From NCBI GenBank assembly GCA_023268715.1, contig JALRLV010000007.1, forward strand, positions 19,939 to 83,938: a DNA stretch of 64,000 nucleotides, read 5' to 3'. This stretch comes from Candidatus Thalassarchaeaceae archaeon. Its GTDB lineage: Archaea > Thermoplasmatota > Poseidoniia > Poseidoniales > Thalassarchaeaceae. Positions 10,846 through 19,791 of the stretch are shown piece after piece; within the stretch, counting starts at the first letter, position 1; every line of letters begins with the position of its first letter. A program made the translations under genes and the position numbers. Under the pieces are notes generated by a model. The model searched no databases and was not told where the DNA came from. It worked only from the letters and a program-made list of their open reading frames with translations.

Positions 10846-11811
10846 TTATTCTCTCCGACTAGCTGAGTTCCCCTTCCTTGGTCCACCTCTAGTGACACCT
10901 AGTCTCCGCTTTCCTTTCTTTCCGGTTCTACCCTTGCCAGGTAAATTTGTTTTCATAGACTCCGGTTTGACAGCTTCACTTGTAATCCCCATCAAGCTGC
11001 CTGAATCTAATAAAGCAGATAATTCATTAGCGTTAAGTGAACCTCCTGTACTAGCTCTCTCTTTTACATCTGTTAGACGGATTTTTCTCCCTTTTCCTGA
11101 TGTGATTTTCTGATATGACCGGACTCTACCTGATTCCCTTCGCAATTTCTTGCGTTGTGATTTAATCGTATCTAACCGCTTATCTATGCCGCTGATCCGC
11201 TTGCTCATTTTCCTAATTTCACTACGAGTTATGTTGTCAGGATTTACTTCATTATTTTCTGAGATCGAATCTGAGGCTTCTTTACCGGCCTTCCTTGTTG
11301 CGTCTAATTTGGATGTGACTTTTCGTAAATCCTCGATTTGCACTACATATCGTGCATGAGCATCTTCTGCCTCGCGCTTACGTACTACCGCTGCTTGTAA
11401 TTCGAAAAATCTTCGAAATGAATCCAATTCCCGATTTATAGTTGGGACTGATGTAAGGTCGTTATCTATCGTGGTTAACTTAGAGTGCGTGTCTGCCATC
11501 CATTCCTCCAGTACAGAAGCAGGTGGCGGAATGGATAGGTTGACTTTGTCTCGTAATGCTCTATGTTTGTCTGCCTTTTTCTTTATCTCATGAAATTCAT
11601 TCAACAGCAGGCGCCTCTCAGAATTCACCTCTTGAATTCCATCGAATGCTCCTCTCAACGATTTTACAATTTCCACTTGATTTCTTCGTTCTTGACGCAG
11701 CGAGTTGAATTCTTCATCCAATGAGCGTAATTCACGTTCTAATTGTTTGCCCCTCTCTTCGATTTCATCATGAGGTAGTGCCTCAAGATCGTCGAACAAA
11801 CCATCGCTCAT
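10846..11811 (-). CDS. coiled-coil protein, COG1340-like (paralog 2, 321 aa) with a basic C-terminal tail
   Basis: Charged heptad-rich sequence. The start overlaps the upstream gene stop (ATGA). C-terminal ...GGSLNANELSALLDSGSL... is followed by KKGKRRLGVTRGGPRKG. Confidence 0.65.
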   Translation of the reverse strand: MSDGLFDDLEALPHDEIEERGKQLERELRSLDEEFNSLRQERRNQVEIVKSLRGAFDGIQEVNSERRLLLNEFHEIKKKADKHRALRDKVNLSIPPPASVLEEWMADTHSKLTTIDNDLTSVPTINRELDSFRRFFELQAAVVRKREAEDAHARYVVQIEDLRKVTSKLDATRKAGKEASDSISENNEVNPDNITRSEIRKMSKRISGIDKRLDTIKSQRKKLRRESGRVRSYQKITSGKGRKIRLTDVKERASTGGSLNANELSALLDSGSLMGITSEAVKPESMKTNLPGKGRTGKKGKRRLGVTRGGPRKGNSASRRE

Positions 11812-12704
11812 TCTTCCTCACTCCCCGAATCGGAATTTAATCGCTCGTTTTCAGGAATATTTTCCTTAGAATTCTGTTTGTTTTTCTTTTGCTTCTTAGC
11901 GAAACTAGAGTCTCCACCATCTTGGACTTGAATCATGTCTTTGAGGAGGTCAGGGAATCCCAACCCCAATTCTCCATACCCATCCTTTAATCGGCGTTGC
12001 CAGTGTTCTATTGCTTGGTCAGATTGAGACAGTAATTCTTTGGCTCTATCCAATTGTCTTCTTACGTCTCTTATTTCTGCTTCCATAGCTGATTTTTTCT
12101 CATGCAACGGTTGTGCCTTTTCCACGGCTTTTATCATGTTTTTATGAGCCTTGTTGGCAATTGTAAATTGGTGAGACATCTCTCTTCTAGAATCGATGTA
12201 ATCTGCCATTTCTGGGTTGGAATCTCTTCTTTCCTTGAGCCATTTTTCATTTTGTTGAATCAGCTTTTTTCTCCGCTCAATCATCTTTTTCTCGGCTTTG
12301 TGATCTAACGCCGAAGTCTGGATATTTTCTTCGATATCATCTAATTCTTCGAACAATTTCTCTTTTTTCCAATCTGGATCAAGGTTTACCATTCCACCAG
12401 ATTCTACCAATTTGTTACGGTGTTCCTTTACCTTAGGAAGCAGATTTCGAGCTTCGATTTGTGCTCGGTCACGTTCTACTTTCAACTTGGCAACAATCTC
12501 ATTTGCCTGTTTGTGATTATCAACTGATCGAGAGACCTTTGGAGCAAGGTTCTGTTCCTCTGCCTCGAGGGTACGAATAACAGTGGGTAATTGCTCCTTA
12601 AGCAAAACCCTCCTATCTAACAAAGCCTGTGCTAATTGGTCAGGCGTCACTGTTAGCAGCCCATCAGACTCCATATCTAAGCGGCGGAAATTAGGGCCCA
12701 TCAT
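11808..12704 (-). CDS. coiled-coil protein, COG1340-like (paralog 3, about 298 aa)
   Basis: Charged heptad-rich sequence with a central ELDDIEENIQTSALDHKAEKKMIERRKKL motif. Start chosen at ATG 12704; the track start GTG 12713 lies inside a palindrome. Confidence 0.65.
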   Translation of the reverse strand: MMGPNFRRLDMESDGLLTVTPDQLAQALLDRRVLLKEQLPTVIRTLEAEEQNLAPKVSRSVDNHKQANEIVAKLKVERDRAQIEARNLLPKVKEHRNKLVESGGMVNLDPDWKKEKLFEELDDIEENIQTSALDHKAEKKMIERRKKLIQQNEKWLKERRDSNPEMADYIDSRREMSHQFTIANKAHKNMIKAVEKAQPLHEKKSAMEAEIRDVRRQLDRAKELLSQSDQAIEHWQRRLKDGYGELGLGFPDLLKDMIQVQDGGDSSFAKKQKKNKQNSKENIPENERLNSDSGSEEE

Positions 12705-12705
12705 A

Positions 12706-12724
12706 AAGGTCACTACGTGACCTT
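12706..12724. promoter_or_regulatory. perfect 19-bp palindrome AAGGTCAC-TAC-GTGACCTT in a divergent promoter spacer (candidate operator)
   Basis: Read directly from the sequence: an 8-bp inverted repeat with a 3-nt spacer. It lies 2 nt from the ATG of the - strand operon and 47 nt from the ATG of the + strand operon that encodes a DtxR-family regulator. Confidence 0.5.
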
Positions 12725-12770
12725 GAATTGGGGTTTCCTTGATACACTGACCTGCTCCGAGGGTCTGACA

Positions 12771-14657
12771 ATGAATACAGGCGTTCGTCCTCGCAACTTG
12801 GTTGTGATAACAGCCTCTGTGGTATTTGTAACGCTAATTTCACTAAATGTTAGTGCACAGGATAGATTCAGTATAGAAAATTCAGAAGACTGGGATAATA
12901 CAATCATCGATGGTTCAACCTCCCTACCTTCGGAGAATTCATCCGCTTTTGCAGGCGACCGAATTCAATTATCCATCGAGGTATCAAATAGTGATACTAC
13001 TGCTGGACATGATGAGTGGTGGTTTGTGATGGAGTTGGACGGTCAAACCACTCCTGAACTCACAGGATTCCTCGAGGGTTCAGATTCGACCGTGATAGTC
13101 AACATTTCATTTGGTCCATTGCCTGAAGGGGTCTTGAATCTGATTTTTGGAATTGATTCTTCGGGTCAGAGTGAAAGTCTTACTCTACCAGTAGAGCCCA
13201 ATCCTCTGAACCTTACCGCGGCTAGCTCTTCCGAAATAGCACTTATTGGCGAGCCTGCCCATGTTGGGGATTCACTAACCGCTTCAATATTGGTTCATAA
13301 TCAAGGTCAGAATCCCGAAACTGTTAGTTTGGTAATATCACCTGAGGGGTCAGACCCTATTCAAGGCCAAGCTATTCTGATTAATCCCGGTTCGAGTAGG
13401 GAGGTTTCCGCATCATTTACACCCTCCTCTTCTGGCTCAATCAGATTAGATTGGAAGGTTCATTCAAGCAATGGAGGAGTAGCAAGAGAACTCAATGGTA
13501 CGACTACAATAGAAGTTTTAGAGCCCCAGTCAATCCAGTTAGTGGTTGATTCTTTGGAATGGAATCTTGAAGATGGACTAAGTTCAGAAATCTCTCTTTA
13601 CCTTAGTGATGGTCGGTCTAGGGAAATTGAAATCGAGGTTGCAATAATCGATCAAACGATTGAGTCCAATTTACAGTTTTCCATAATCACCATGAATCCT
13701 GGTAGAAGACAACTAAATTTCGATTTGGGTAATCCCTCAGCAGACGCACTAATAATTCGAGTAAATTCAGTAACTTGGATAGCCGAAGAGGAAATTGAAA
13801 TTCAGACGACACTCACTCCTCCTATGCTTGTTCTTGTTGTTACTTCTGATGGTGTAAGCACGGCTCCGGAGGTAGGTGAAAGTGTAAACATACCTTTCTC
13901 CTTAATCAATAATGGAAATACTCCGACTTTAGCAGGAGAGGTAAGAGTAGTGCGAAATTCAGATAACATGATACTTGACACAATCCCAACTTTTTCAATT
14001 AATCCTAGTGAATCGTTTAGCGATGAATTTACCATAGAACAGTGGCCCAACTCAAAAGTTGTTGATGTGAATATCATCTGGGTAACGAGTGGACATACCG
14101 AAAGCCTTCTTTTGGAGATTGAAACATTTTCCGACAATAATGCAGAGGCAGAATTGCCATTTGATCTAGTCGCCGCAATTTATGGAACAGTCACTGGCTT
14201 AGTTCTTGTAATGTTCATTTTAGTTCTATATCGTACAGTATCGGAAAGCGTAGAGGACACAGGAAAATCAAGATTTAATCGATTGAGAGAAGCCAGAGGA
14301 GAAAGGAAAAAGTCTGCATCCATAGAAAAACGAGAAATACCGTGTCCCGAATGCGACCAACGGTTGCACATTCCGAATAGCCATGCCGGTGCCGTGAAAT
14401 GTCCTGCTTGTACCGCTCGATTCATGGTAGAATCGATTGATTCAGAAGATGAAGACAAAATTTCGGAAGAAGAACCCATCGAGATCCAAACTAATTCATC
14501 ACCTCCTCCCCAAGAGGTATCTGCTCGCTCAATGGATGACTTGCTATCTTGTCCTAGTTGCGATCAGACTCTAAAAATCCCAATTAACAGACGTCCAGTA
14601 AAGGCTAGGTGTCCTGCCTGCCGTTCTGAATTCTTAGCAGAGGTTGGAGAACCATAA
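12771..14657 (+). CDS. surface protein with repeated CARDB/Ig-like modules, one TM helix and a cytoplasmic tail carrying two MJ0042-type zinc ribbons
   Basis: Signal-like N-terminus MNTGVRPRNLVVITASVVFVTLISLNVSAQD. Repeated ...VGDSLTASILVHNQGQNPETV... type modules. TM segment AAIYGTVTGLVLVMFILVLY. Then CPECDQRLHIPNSHAGAVKCPACTARF and CPSCDQTLKIPINRRPVKARCPACRSEF. Confidence 0.7.
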   Translation: MNTGVRPRNLVVITASVVFVTLISLNVSAQDRFSIENSEDWDNTIIDGSTSLPSENSSAFAGDRIQLSIEVSNSDTTAGHDEWWFVMELDGQTTPELTGFLEGSDSTVIVNISFGPLPEGVLNLIFGIDSSGQSESLTLPVEPNPLNLTAASSSEIALIGEPAHVGDSLTASILVHNQGQNPETVSLVISPEGSDPIQGQAILINPGSSREVSASFTPSSSGSIRLDWKVHSSNGGVARELNGTTTIEVLEPQSIQLVVDSLEWNLEDGLSSEISLYLSDGRSREIEIEVAIIDQTIESNLQFSIITMNPGRRQLNFDLGNPSADALIIRVNSVTWIAEEEIEIQTTLTPPMLVLVVTSDGVSTAPEVGESVNIPFSLINNGNTPTLAGEVRVVRNSDNMILDTIPTFSINPSESFSDEFTIEQWPNSKVVDVNIIWVTSGHTESLLLEIETFSDNNAEAELPFDLVAAIYGTVTGLVLVMFILVLYRTVSESVEDTGKSRFNRLREARGERKKSASIEKREIPCPECDQRLHIPNSHAGAVKCPACTARFMVESIDSEDEDKISEEEPIEIQTNSSPPPQEVSARSMDDLLSCPSCDQTLKIPINRRPVKARCPACRSEFLAEVGEP

Positions 14658-14670
14658 CCGGGGTTTCCTC

Positions 14671-15321
14671 ATGAACGAACTAAGCGACTTTGAGGAAATG
14701 TATCTAAAGAGGATGTTTGAGATACATTCTGAACGACCCTCTGCGATTGTGAAAACGTCAATGTTGGCAGATTCTATGGGAGTTAGTGACGCCTCAACAA
14801 CAGAGATGATTCAAAGGCTGGCTGGTCGAGATTTGGTGACATATATTCCTTACAAGGGTTCAAGATTAACAGCAGAAGGTTTTGCTATCGCTGGTAAGAT
14901 TAAACGACGGCAATTACTTCTCGAACTATTATTGACGGATGTCATTGGATTTGAAGGAGATGTTAATTCCATAGCATGTGAAATGGAACATGCAGTAAAT
15001 GATGAATTAGAGGCGTCTATAGACAAGTTATTGGGTTATCCAGAGTACAATCATCTAGGGGAGAAAGTTCCTCAAATTTCCAGGCAATTTGAACCGGACA
15101 TAATATCCCCCTTATTGCCAATATCCAATATGCCAGAAGGCAGTAGCGGTGTAGTCGAATTAATCGCTTTAACTGGCCAAGATATTAAAACTCTAGAAAA
15201 TCAAAACATCTCCATCGGCGTCAACATTACCAAAACACATTCCTCAACAAATGTATCTGGGTCTCCATACTTATTTTCCGAAGATTTGGCAAAGCGCATT
15301 TTAGTTAGATTGGAGGGCTGA
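14671..15321 (+). CDS. DtxR/MntR/IdeR-family metal-dependent transcriptional regulator with a C-terminal FeoA/SH3-like domain
   Basis: MNELSDFEEMYLKRMFEI...VKTSMLADSMGVSDASTTEMIQRLAGRDLV...RLTAEGFAIAGKIKRRQLLLELLL...ACEMEHAV is the classic wHTH plus dimerisation/metal-site layout. ATG lies 13 nt after the upstream stop. Confidence 0.85.
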   Translation: MNELSDFEEMYLKRMFEIHSERPSAIVKTSMLADSMGVSDASTTEMIQRLAGRDLVTYIPYKGSRLTAEGFAIAGKIKRRQLLLELLLTDVIGFEGDVNSIACEMEHAVNDELEASIDKLLGYPEYNHLGEKVPQISRQFEPDIISPLLPISNMPEGSSGVVELIALTGQDIKTLENQNISIGVNITKTHSSTNVSGSPYLFSEDLAKRILVRLEG

Positions 15322-15324
15322 AAC

Positions 15325-16911
15325 TTGCAGGATGAAGAAATTCCAAATTTGGAGGAAGCTCTGAGCTCATTAACTTCAGAAGTTCTAGAGGAAGAGCCGT
15401 TGTCTCAACAAGATAATATGAACCAAGTTCAGGTTAGCGAGAGATATAATTCAGAAAAAATAATGTTTTCAAATGTAGACAGTTTAAGGAATCAAGAAAG
15501 AACTCTACTACGAATAGACAGACTTATCGTCAGTGGTGGAATTAGATTCGTCCTCTTCTTACCATTGATTGTAGTCGTGAATTTTGGCCTTGCTCATTCT
15601 TACAGAAATACCACACCACAATGGTGGGTTGACCATATGCAAGAAGTCGCTCCTGTTGAGATGCACCTTGGTATCCATTTCCTCTCGTTATTCATTTTAA
15701 TTGCAAATATTGCTCTCTTACTCTTATTATTCCGGTTGTTGACAGTAACCAGAAAGATTTTCCAGCATGAGGCTGAATCCTTGACAACCGCCGGATTGAC
15801 GTTCAAGAGCTCTCACGGATATGCAGAAATGCGTGCGACAATTAATGGTTCTAGAAGGCAGTTGGGGGCCACAATAAGTTTTCTTCTTCTCGCAATCCTA
15901 TTTCTTGGAATCGCCCTTTGGTTGGCTCCTGACGGAGATCTTTCTCCAAGGTTAGTTGCGCTTTCAACTGGGACTTTATTAGCCGGCCACGGGACCTTTT
16001 TGGTATCAAACAAATCACGCTTCAATGCTAATGAGCCATGGGGGATGTTGAGCGCCTTCTCTCCTCCTATCCATCCGGCTTTACTTCGCCATCCGTTTTC
16101 TGACGTGATTAAAGCCCACATTGACCCACTATTGGCTGTTAGGATATCCGAATATTTGCGGACAGTTGAATCAGAAATTAAACCTGGTAAATCTATGACA
16201 GAACTGCAAGAGACATTGCTACATTTGTTGCATCTTAGGAGGAGGTCTGTGATAGATGAGAATCAATTTAGACGTGCACTGGCATCAATGATTGACTCTG
16301 ATTCCATTGATGGCTTATTTGAGCATCCAGAATTAGGTCAAGAAACCTGGGACCGATTATTATCGAGAGCAATGCTTGATTGTGCACCATTTTTCCGCCT
16401 TCACGATCGTTTACACATGAGGCATCAGAATGGGAAATCTGGAGATGTATGGTTTGATGTGGATATGGAAAACTTAGTTGTTGGCCCTGCGAATTTATTC
16501 GCATTCATTCTCAATCAAACCGATGAAATACAAGACCTCATACTAAGGGTTCAAACTCCTGATTTTAGACCAAATGATTGTGAATATCGGCTTAAGGTGG
16601 AGCCTTATAAATCGATTTCTTTCGATGGAATGCTTACTCCGAAAATTACCGACACACTTCCCAATCTCCTCAACTCTACTAGGATTATTTGGCAGAGTTT
16701 GTTACCATCTAGCGCTGGTGAGTCTACTGTTACAATTCGTCTAGAGGATTTGGATGGCAATCTAATATCTGGTCGTGTTCTAACGGTTCAGATTCGCAAC
16801 GACCTGTTTACTAGACTTAGAATGACAACAGGAGCGTTGTTCATCCTTGGTGCTATTATTGCAATTCTATCACCGCTTCTACCATTCATTGGTTCAGTTT
16901 TAGGCCTCTGA
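15325..16911 (+). CDS. polytopic membrane protein, hypothetical (528 aa)
   Basis: Acidic N-terminus, several hydrophobic helices, a roughly 250-aa soluble region and a terminal TM helix. TTG start 3 nt after the DtxR stop; the exact start is uncertain. Confidence 0.55.
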   Translation: MQDEEIPNLEEALSSLTSEVLEEEPLSQQDNMNQVQVSERYNSEKIMFSNVDSLRNQERTLLRIDRLIVSGGIRFVLFLPLIVVVNFGLAHSYRNTTPQWWVDHMQEVAPVEMHLGIHFLSLFILIANIALLLLLFRLLTVTRKIFQHEAESLTTAGLTFKSSHGYAEMRATINGSRRQLGATISFLLLAILFLGIALWLAPDGDLSPRLVALSTGTLLAGHGTFLVSNKSRFNANEPWGMLSAFSPPIHPALLRHPFSDVIKAHIDPLLAVRISEYLRTVESEIKPGKSMTELQETLLHLLHLRRRSVIDENQFRRALASMIDSDSIDGLFEHPELGQETWDRLLSRAMLDCAPFFRLHDRLHMRHQNGKSGDVWFDVDMENLVVGPANLFAFILNQTDEIQDLILRVQTPDFRPNDCEYRLKVEPYKSISFDGMLTPKITDTLPNLLNSTRIIWQSLLPSSAGESTVTIRLEDLDGNLISGRVLTVQIRNDLFTRLRMTTGALFILGAIIAILSPLLPFIGSVLGL

Positions 16912-16923
16912 CCATACATCGGG

Positions 16924-17943
16924 TTGATTCAAGAGGCAAACGCTCGTGGAACAGTCGTGTCTAACGAGACTAACAACCCTGACGATGACCTCAGGAGTCG
17001 CCTACACGCTATGGAGACCAAAGTAAGGCGGATGCGAGATAATCGCAATAGTCACAATGAGAACGCCCGTAGAGCAGCTGATTCGCGGAATGCTGTTCAA
17101 GAACAGGCCAAAGGTTTACGCGAATCTATTGATGAAATGAAGGCCAAACAAAAAGAAATTAGAGACCAGGCAAAAATTCACAAGGCTAGAAGAGACGAAA
17201 TTCAGGGTCATATCAGAGAGATAATTTCGAAAAAACGGGGTCGTAGGGATGACGAAAGAGGTTCTAAATCAGTAGTTATTGAATTGTCAGAAACCGAAGG
17301 ACAAATTGACAAGATTGAGAGGCGCTTAGAAACTGATGGCAGACTAAAGTTGGAGGATGAAAACAAACTCCTAAAGGAACTAAAGAAACTTATTGGTAAG
17401 AGAAATGAATTACTTCCCGCGGTAAAGGAATATGAGTCCATTACAATAGATCTTGGGGATATGGATGAATCGATTAATCGTCTAAAAGCAGAGGCTGATT
17501 CTGAACACCAAGCAATGGTAGATTGTCACAAGCAAGGTGATGAAATATGGGAGGAAATTAAGCCACTATTTGAGGAAAGAGACTTCCTAAGGGCTGAAGG
17601 TGACAGGCTTCATAACGTATTTGTTGAAGCAAAAGCAGCTGCTGATGAAGTCCATACTGAAATGAAATTACTGCTTGACCAAGTCAATGAAATCCGAGAC
17701 TCAATAAAAGCCGCTCGTGAGGAACGAGAGAAGACTATACGAGACCACAATCAATCAGTTAGAGATGCGATAAGGTCTCCTTCCGAAAGTGAAGAACTAG
17801 CTGGGTCGTTAGAAGAGATATTACTAGAAAGCGGCTCTTTGACTCTCGGCGGAACGGGAATTGAAGAAGAGTCAGAACCCCGGGCGTCAAAGCCAAGAAA
17901 ATCGAAGAAACGAAAATTGGGGACAACTCGTGGAAAGTTGTGA
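16924..17943 (+). CDS. coiled-coil protein, COG1340-like (paralog 4, 339 aa) with a basic C-terminal tail
   Basis: Heptad-rich charged sequence with a central QIDKIERRLETDGRLKLEDENKLLKELKKL motif. C-terminal ...LEEILLESGSLTLGG... is followed by KSKKRKLGTTRGKL. TTG start in the track; the true start is uncertain (GTG 16957 or ATG 17011 are possible). Confidence 0.65.
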   Translation: MIQEANARGTVVSNETNNPDDDLRSRLHAMETKVRRMRDNRNSHNENARRAADSRNAVQEQAKGLRESIDEMKAKQKEIRDQAKIHKARRDEIQGHIREIISKKRGRRDDERGSKSVVIELSETEGQIDKIERRLETDGRLKLEDENKLLKELKKLIGKRNELLPAVKEYESITIDLGDMDESINRLKAEADSEHQAMVDCHKQGDEIWEEIKPLFEERDFLRAEGDRLHNVFVEAKAAADEVHTEMKLLLDQVNEIRDSIKAAREEREKTIRDHNQSVRDAIRSPSESEELAGSLEEILLESGSLTLGGTGIEEESEPRASKPRKSKKRKLGTTRGKL

Positions 17944-17945
17944 GT

Positions 17946-18935
17946 TTACCAGCCTCTTTCTTCAAGCCGAACATCCAATGTTTCGATTTCCAAACCCGGC
18001 ATTGGTTCACCAATCATTGCACTAGCCTCTGCGACTACGGAAGGGTCCTCGAAGTGATGGGTTGCAAGCACTATAGCCTCGGCAGTCTGAATTGGATCGG
18101 AACTCTTGAAAATTCCAGAACCAACAAAAATTCCATCCATACCATGCTTCATCATAAGGGCTGCATCTGCCGGAGTTGAAATTCCTCCAGCCGAGAATGT
18201 TACTACGGGTAATCTACCTAGTCTGGCCACGTCTTCCAGTACAGAGGACACTTCTGCTCGAACCTCTTTCATTGAACCAAATGGCGTCGAATCTGGGTCT
18301 AAGTTAAAGGAGGAGACTTTGTTTATTCTTTGAAATCCTTGCATAATTATGTCAACCATTTCCCTGCGACCTTCTTCTCCAATAGATTGTGCATGGGCGA
18401 TTTCATTTTCTACTAGTCTAGAATGTTGCACGGCGCTGACTACATTTCCAGTTCCAGCTTCACCTTTGGTACGCATCATCGCCGCCCCCTCTGCGACTCT
18501 TCTTACCGCCTCTCCTAGGTTTGTACACCCACAAACAAATGGTACGGTAAAGTTGGTTTTTGCTATGTGATAGAAGGGATCTGCGGGAGTTAAAACCTCA
18601 GATTCATCGATCATGTCTGCGCCTAATGCTTGGAGCACTCTTGCTTCCTCATCGTGACCAATTCTTGCCTTGGCCATTACTGGTATCGAGGTGGTTTCGA
18701 TAATTTCCTTTATCATATCGGGGTGACTCATTCGAGCGACTCCCCCGCTAGACCTGATATCTGCAGGAACTCTCTCCAAGGCCATTACTGAGACAGCACC
18801 GGCATCTTCTGCTATGTGTGCTTCTTTAGCGTTCACGACATCCATAATGACTCCGCCTTCTTGCATCTTGGCGAAGCCTCGCTTCAATAACTCTGTACCG
18901 TGTCGCATTTGCCCCAAGTCAACCCTCTGAGTCAT
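17946..18935 (-). CDS. pdxS: pyridoxal 5'-phosphate synthase, lyase subunit PdxS
   Basis: [57 protein letters not shown] and [14 protein letters not shown] are near-invariant PdxS motifs. ATG at 18935; the track start TTG 18941. Confidence 0.95.
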   Translation of the reverse strand: MTQRVDLGQMRHGTELLKRGFAKMQEGGVIMDVVNAKEAHIAEDAGAVSVMALERVPADIRSSGGVARMSHPDMIKEIIETTSIPVMAKARIGHDEEARVLQALGADMIDESEVLTPADPFYHIAKTNFTVPFVCGCTNLGEAVRRVAEGAAMMRTKGEAGTGNVVSAVQHSRLVENEIAHAQSIGEEGRREMVDIIMQGFQRINKVSSFNLDPDSTPFGSMKEVRAEVSSVLEDVARLGRLPVVTFSAGGISTPADAALMMKHGMDGIFVGSGIFKSSDPIQTAEAIVLATHHFEDPSVVAEASAMIGEPMPGLEIETLDVRLEERGW

Positions 18936-18995
18936 AGTCAAGCCTCTCGGCTTCTGTTCATCAATCTATGTTTAAGTTCACTAGAGGATGAATCT

Positions 18996-19271
18996 TCAGT
19001 CTGCGAGTACTGGTGAATCTCCAGTTGCAATTTCTAATTCTAGACTTTCAGTCTCGTTACGCTCAATCCATTCCATTTCTTCATCTGGTACATCGGTGTC
19101 TGCGAAAATTGCTTCAACAGGACATTCGGCAACACAGGCAGCACAATCGATGCATTCATCTGGGTCAATGACCAAGTAGGTGTCTGCTTCTTTGAAAGCT
19201 TCAACTGGGCATACTGCTACACAGTCTTGGTACTTGTGTCCTACACAGGCGCTTGTTACTACATGGGTCAT
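18996..19271 (-). CDS. 7Fe-type ferredoxin ([3Fe-4S][4Fe-4S], FdxA-like)
   Basis: [18 protein letters not shown]...[24 protein letters not shown] matches the Azotobacter-type 7Fe ferredoxin cysteine pattern. Confidence 0.9.
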   Translation of the reverse strand: MTHVVTSACVGHKYQDCVAVCPVEAFKEADTYLVIDPDECIDCAACVAECPVEAIFADTDVPDEEMEWIERNETESLELEIATGDSPVLAD

Positions 19272-19359
19272 GCTATCACTTACCTTCCCGTCTGAGAAGG
19301 TGCATAAGAATTCTTGTAATGATTACACAATTTGAACAGAATTTTAATGAGAAAAGAAA

Positions 19360-19791
19360 TCATTCAAATTTTGAAATTAAATCTGACAATACTTCACTCG
19401 GTTTTTGACCTGGATAAGCCTCGATTTTGTATTGTCCTTTGACTGCCGATTTCCATTCCGAGCCCTCAGCAAGTAGAATTTTTCCACTAACTAGGGAAGA
19501 TAATGAAAGTCGAACATGGAATACCTTATCATCATCAATTCGAGATTCGAGGCCATTACTAACTATCTGATTTAAGACAGTTGTACCCAACAACTGAACG
19601 CTTTGTTTTGCTGCTTTTTTGTTATTAATTTTCATTGCTAGAATAATTTGTGGAGCACCATGATAGGATTTGGATTTCTCTCTAGTTATTTCTGTCTTTA
19701 TCGGTGATAGTTGACTCATTGCAGACTCAATATTTTCAATATCGTCTACAGCGCTACAGTGTATTCTCCAGTTTACGCTATGCAAACTCAT
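19360..19791 (-). CDS. DUF54/COG1325-like RNA-binding protein (predicted exosome-associated)
   Basis: The N-terminal VNWRIHCSAVDDIENIESA, YHGAPQIIL and RIDDDKVFHVRLSLSSLVSGKILL resemble the recalled family pattern (h.TED.e.V, yGnpI, riDe.g.f.lRlDKQ). Start taken at ATG 19791. Confidence 0.5.
   Translation of the reverse strand: MSLHSVNWRIHCSAVDDIENIESAMSQLSPIKTEITREKSKSYHGAPQIILAMKINNKKAAKQSVQLLGTTVLNQIVSNGLESRIDDDKVFHVRLSLSSLVSGKILLAEGSEWKSAVKGQYKIEAYPGQKPSEVLSDLISKFE

Noticed and set aside
12731-12740. The motif GGGTTTCCT recurs upstream of two starts in the same operon (12731..12739 and 14661..14669)
   Set aside because: There are only two copies, at different distances from their ATGs (31 nt versus 1 nt), and no complementarity to the anti-Shine-Dalgarno sequence. 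I cannot distinguish this from coincidence without genome-wide counts.
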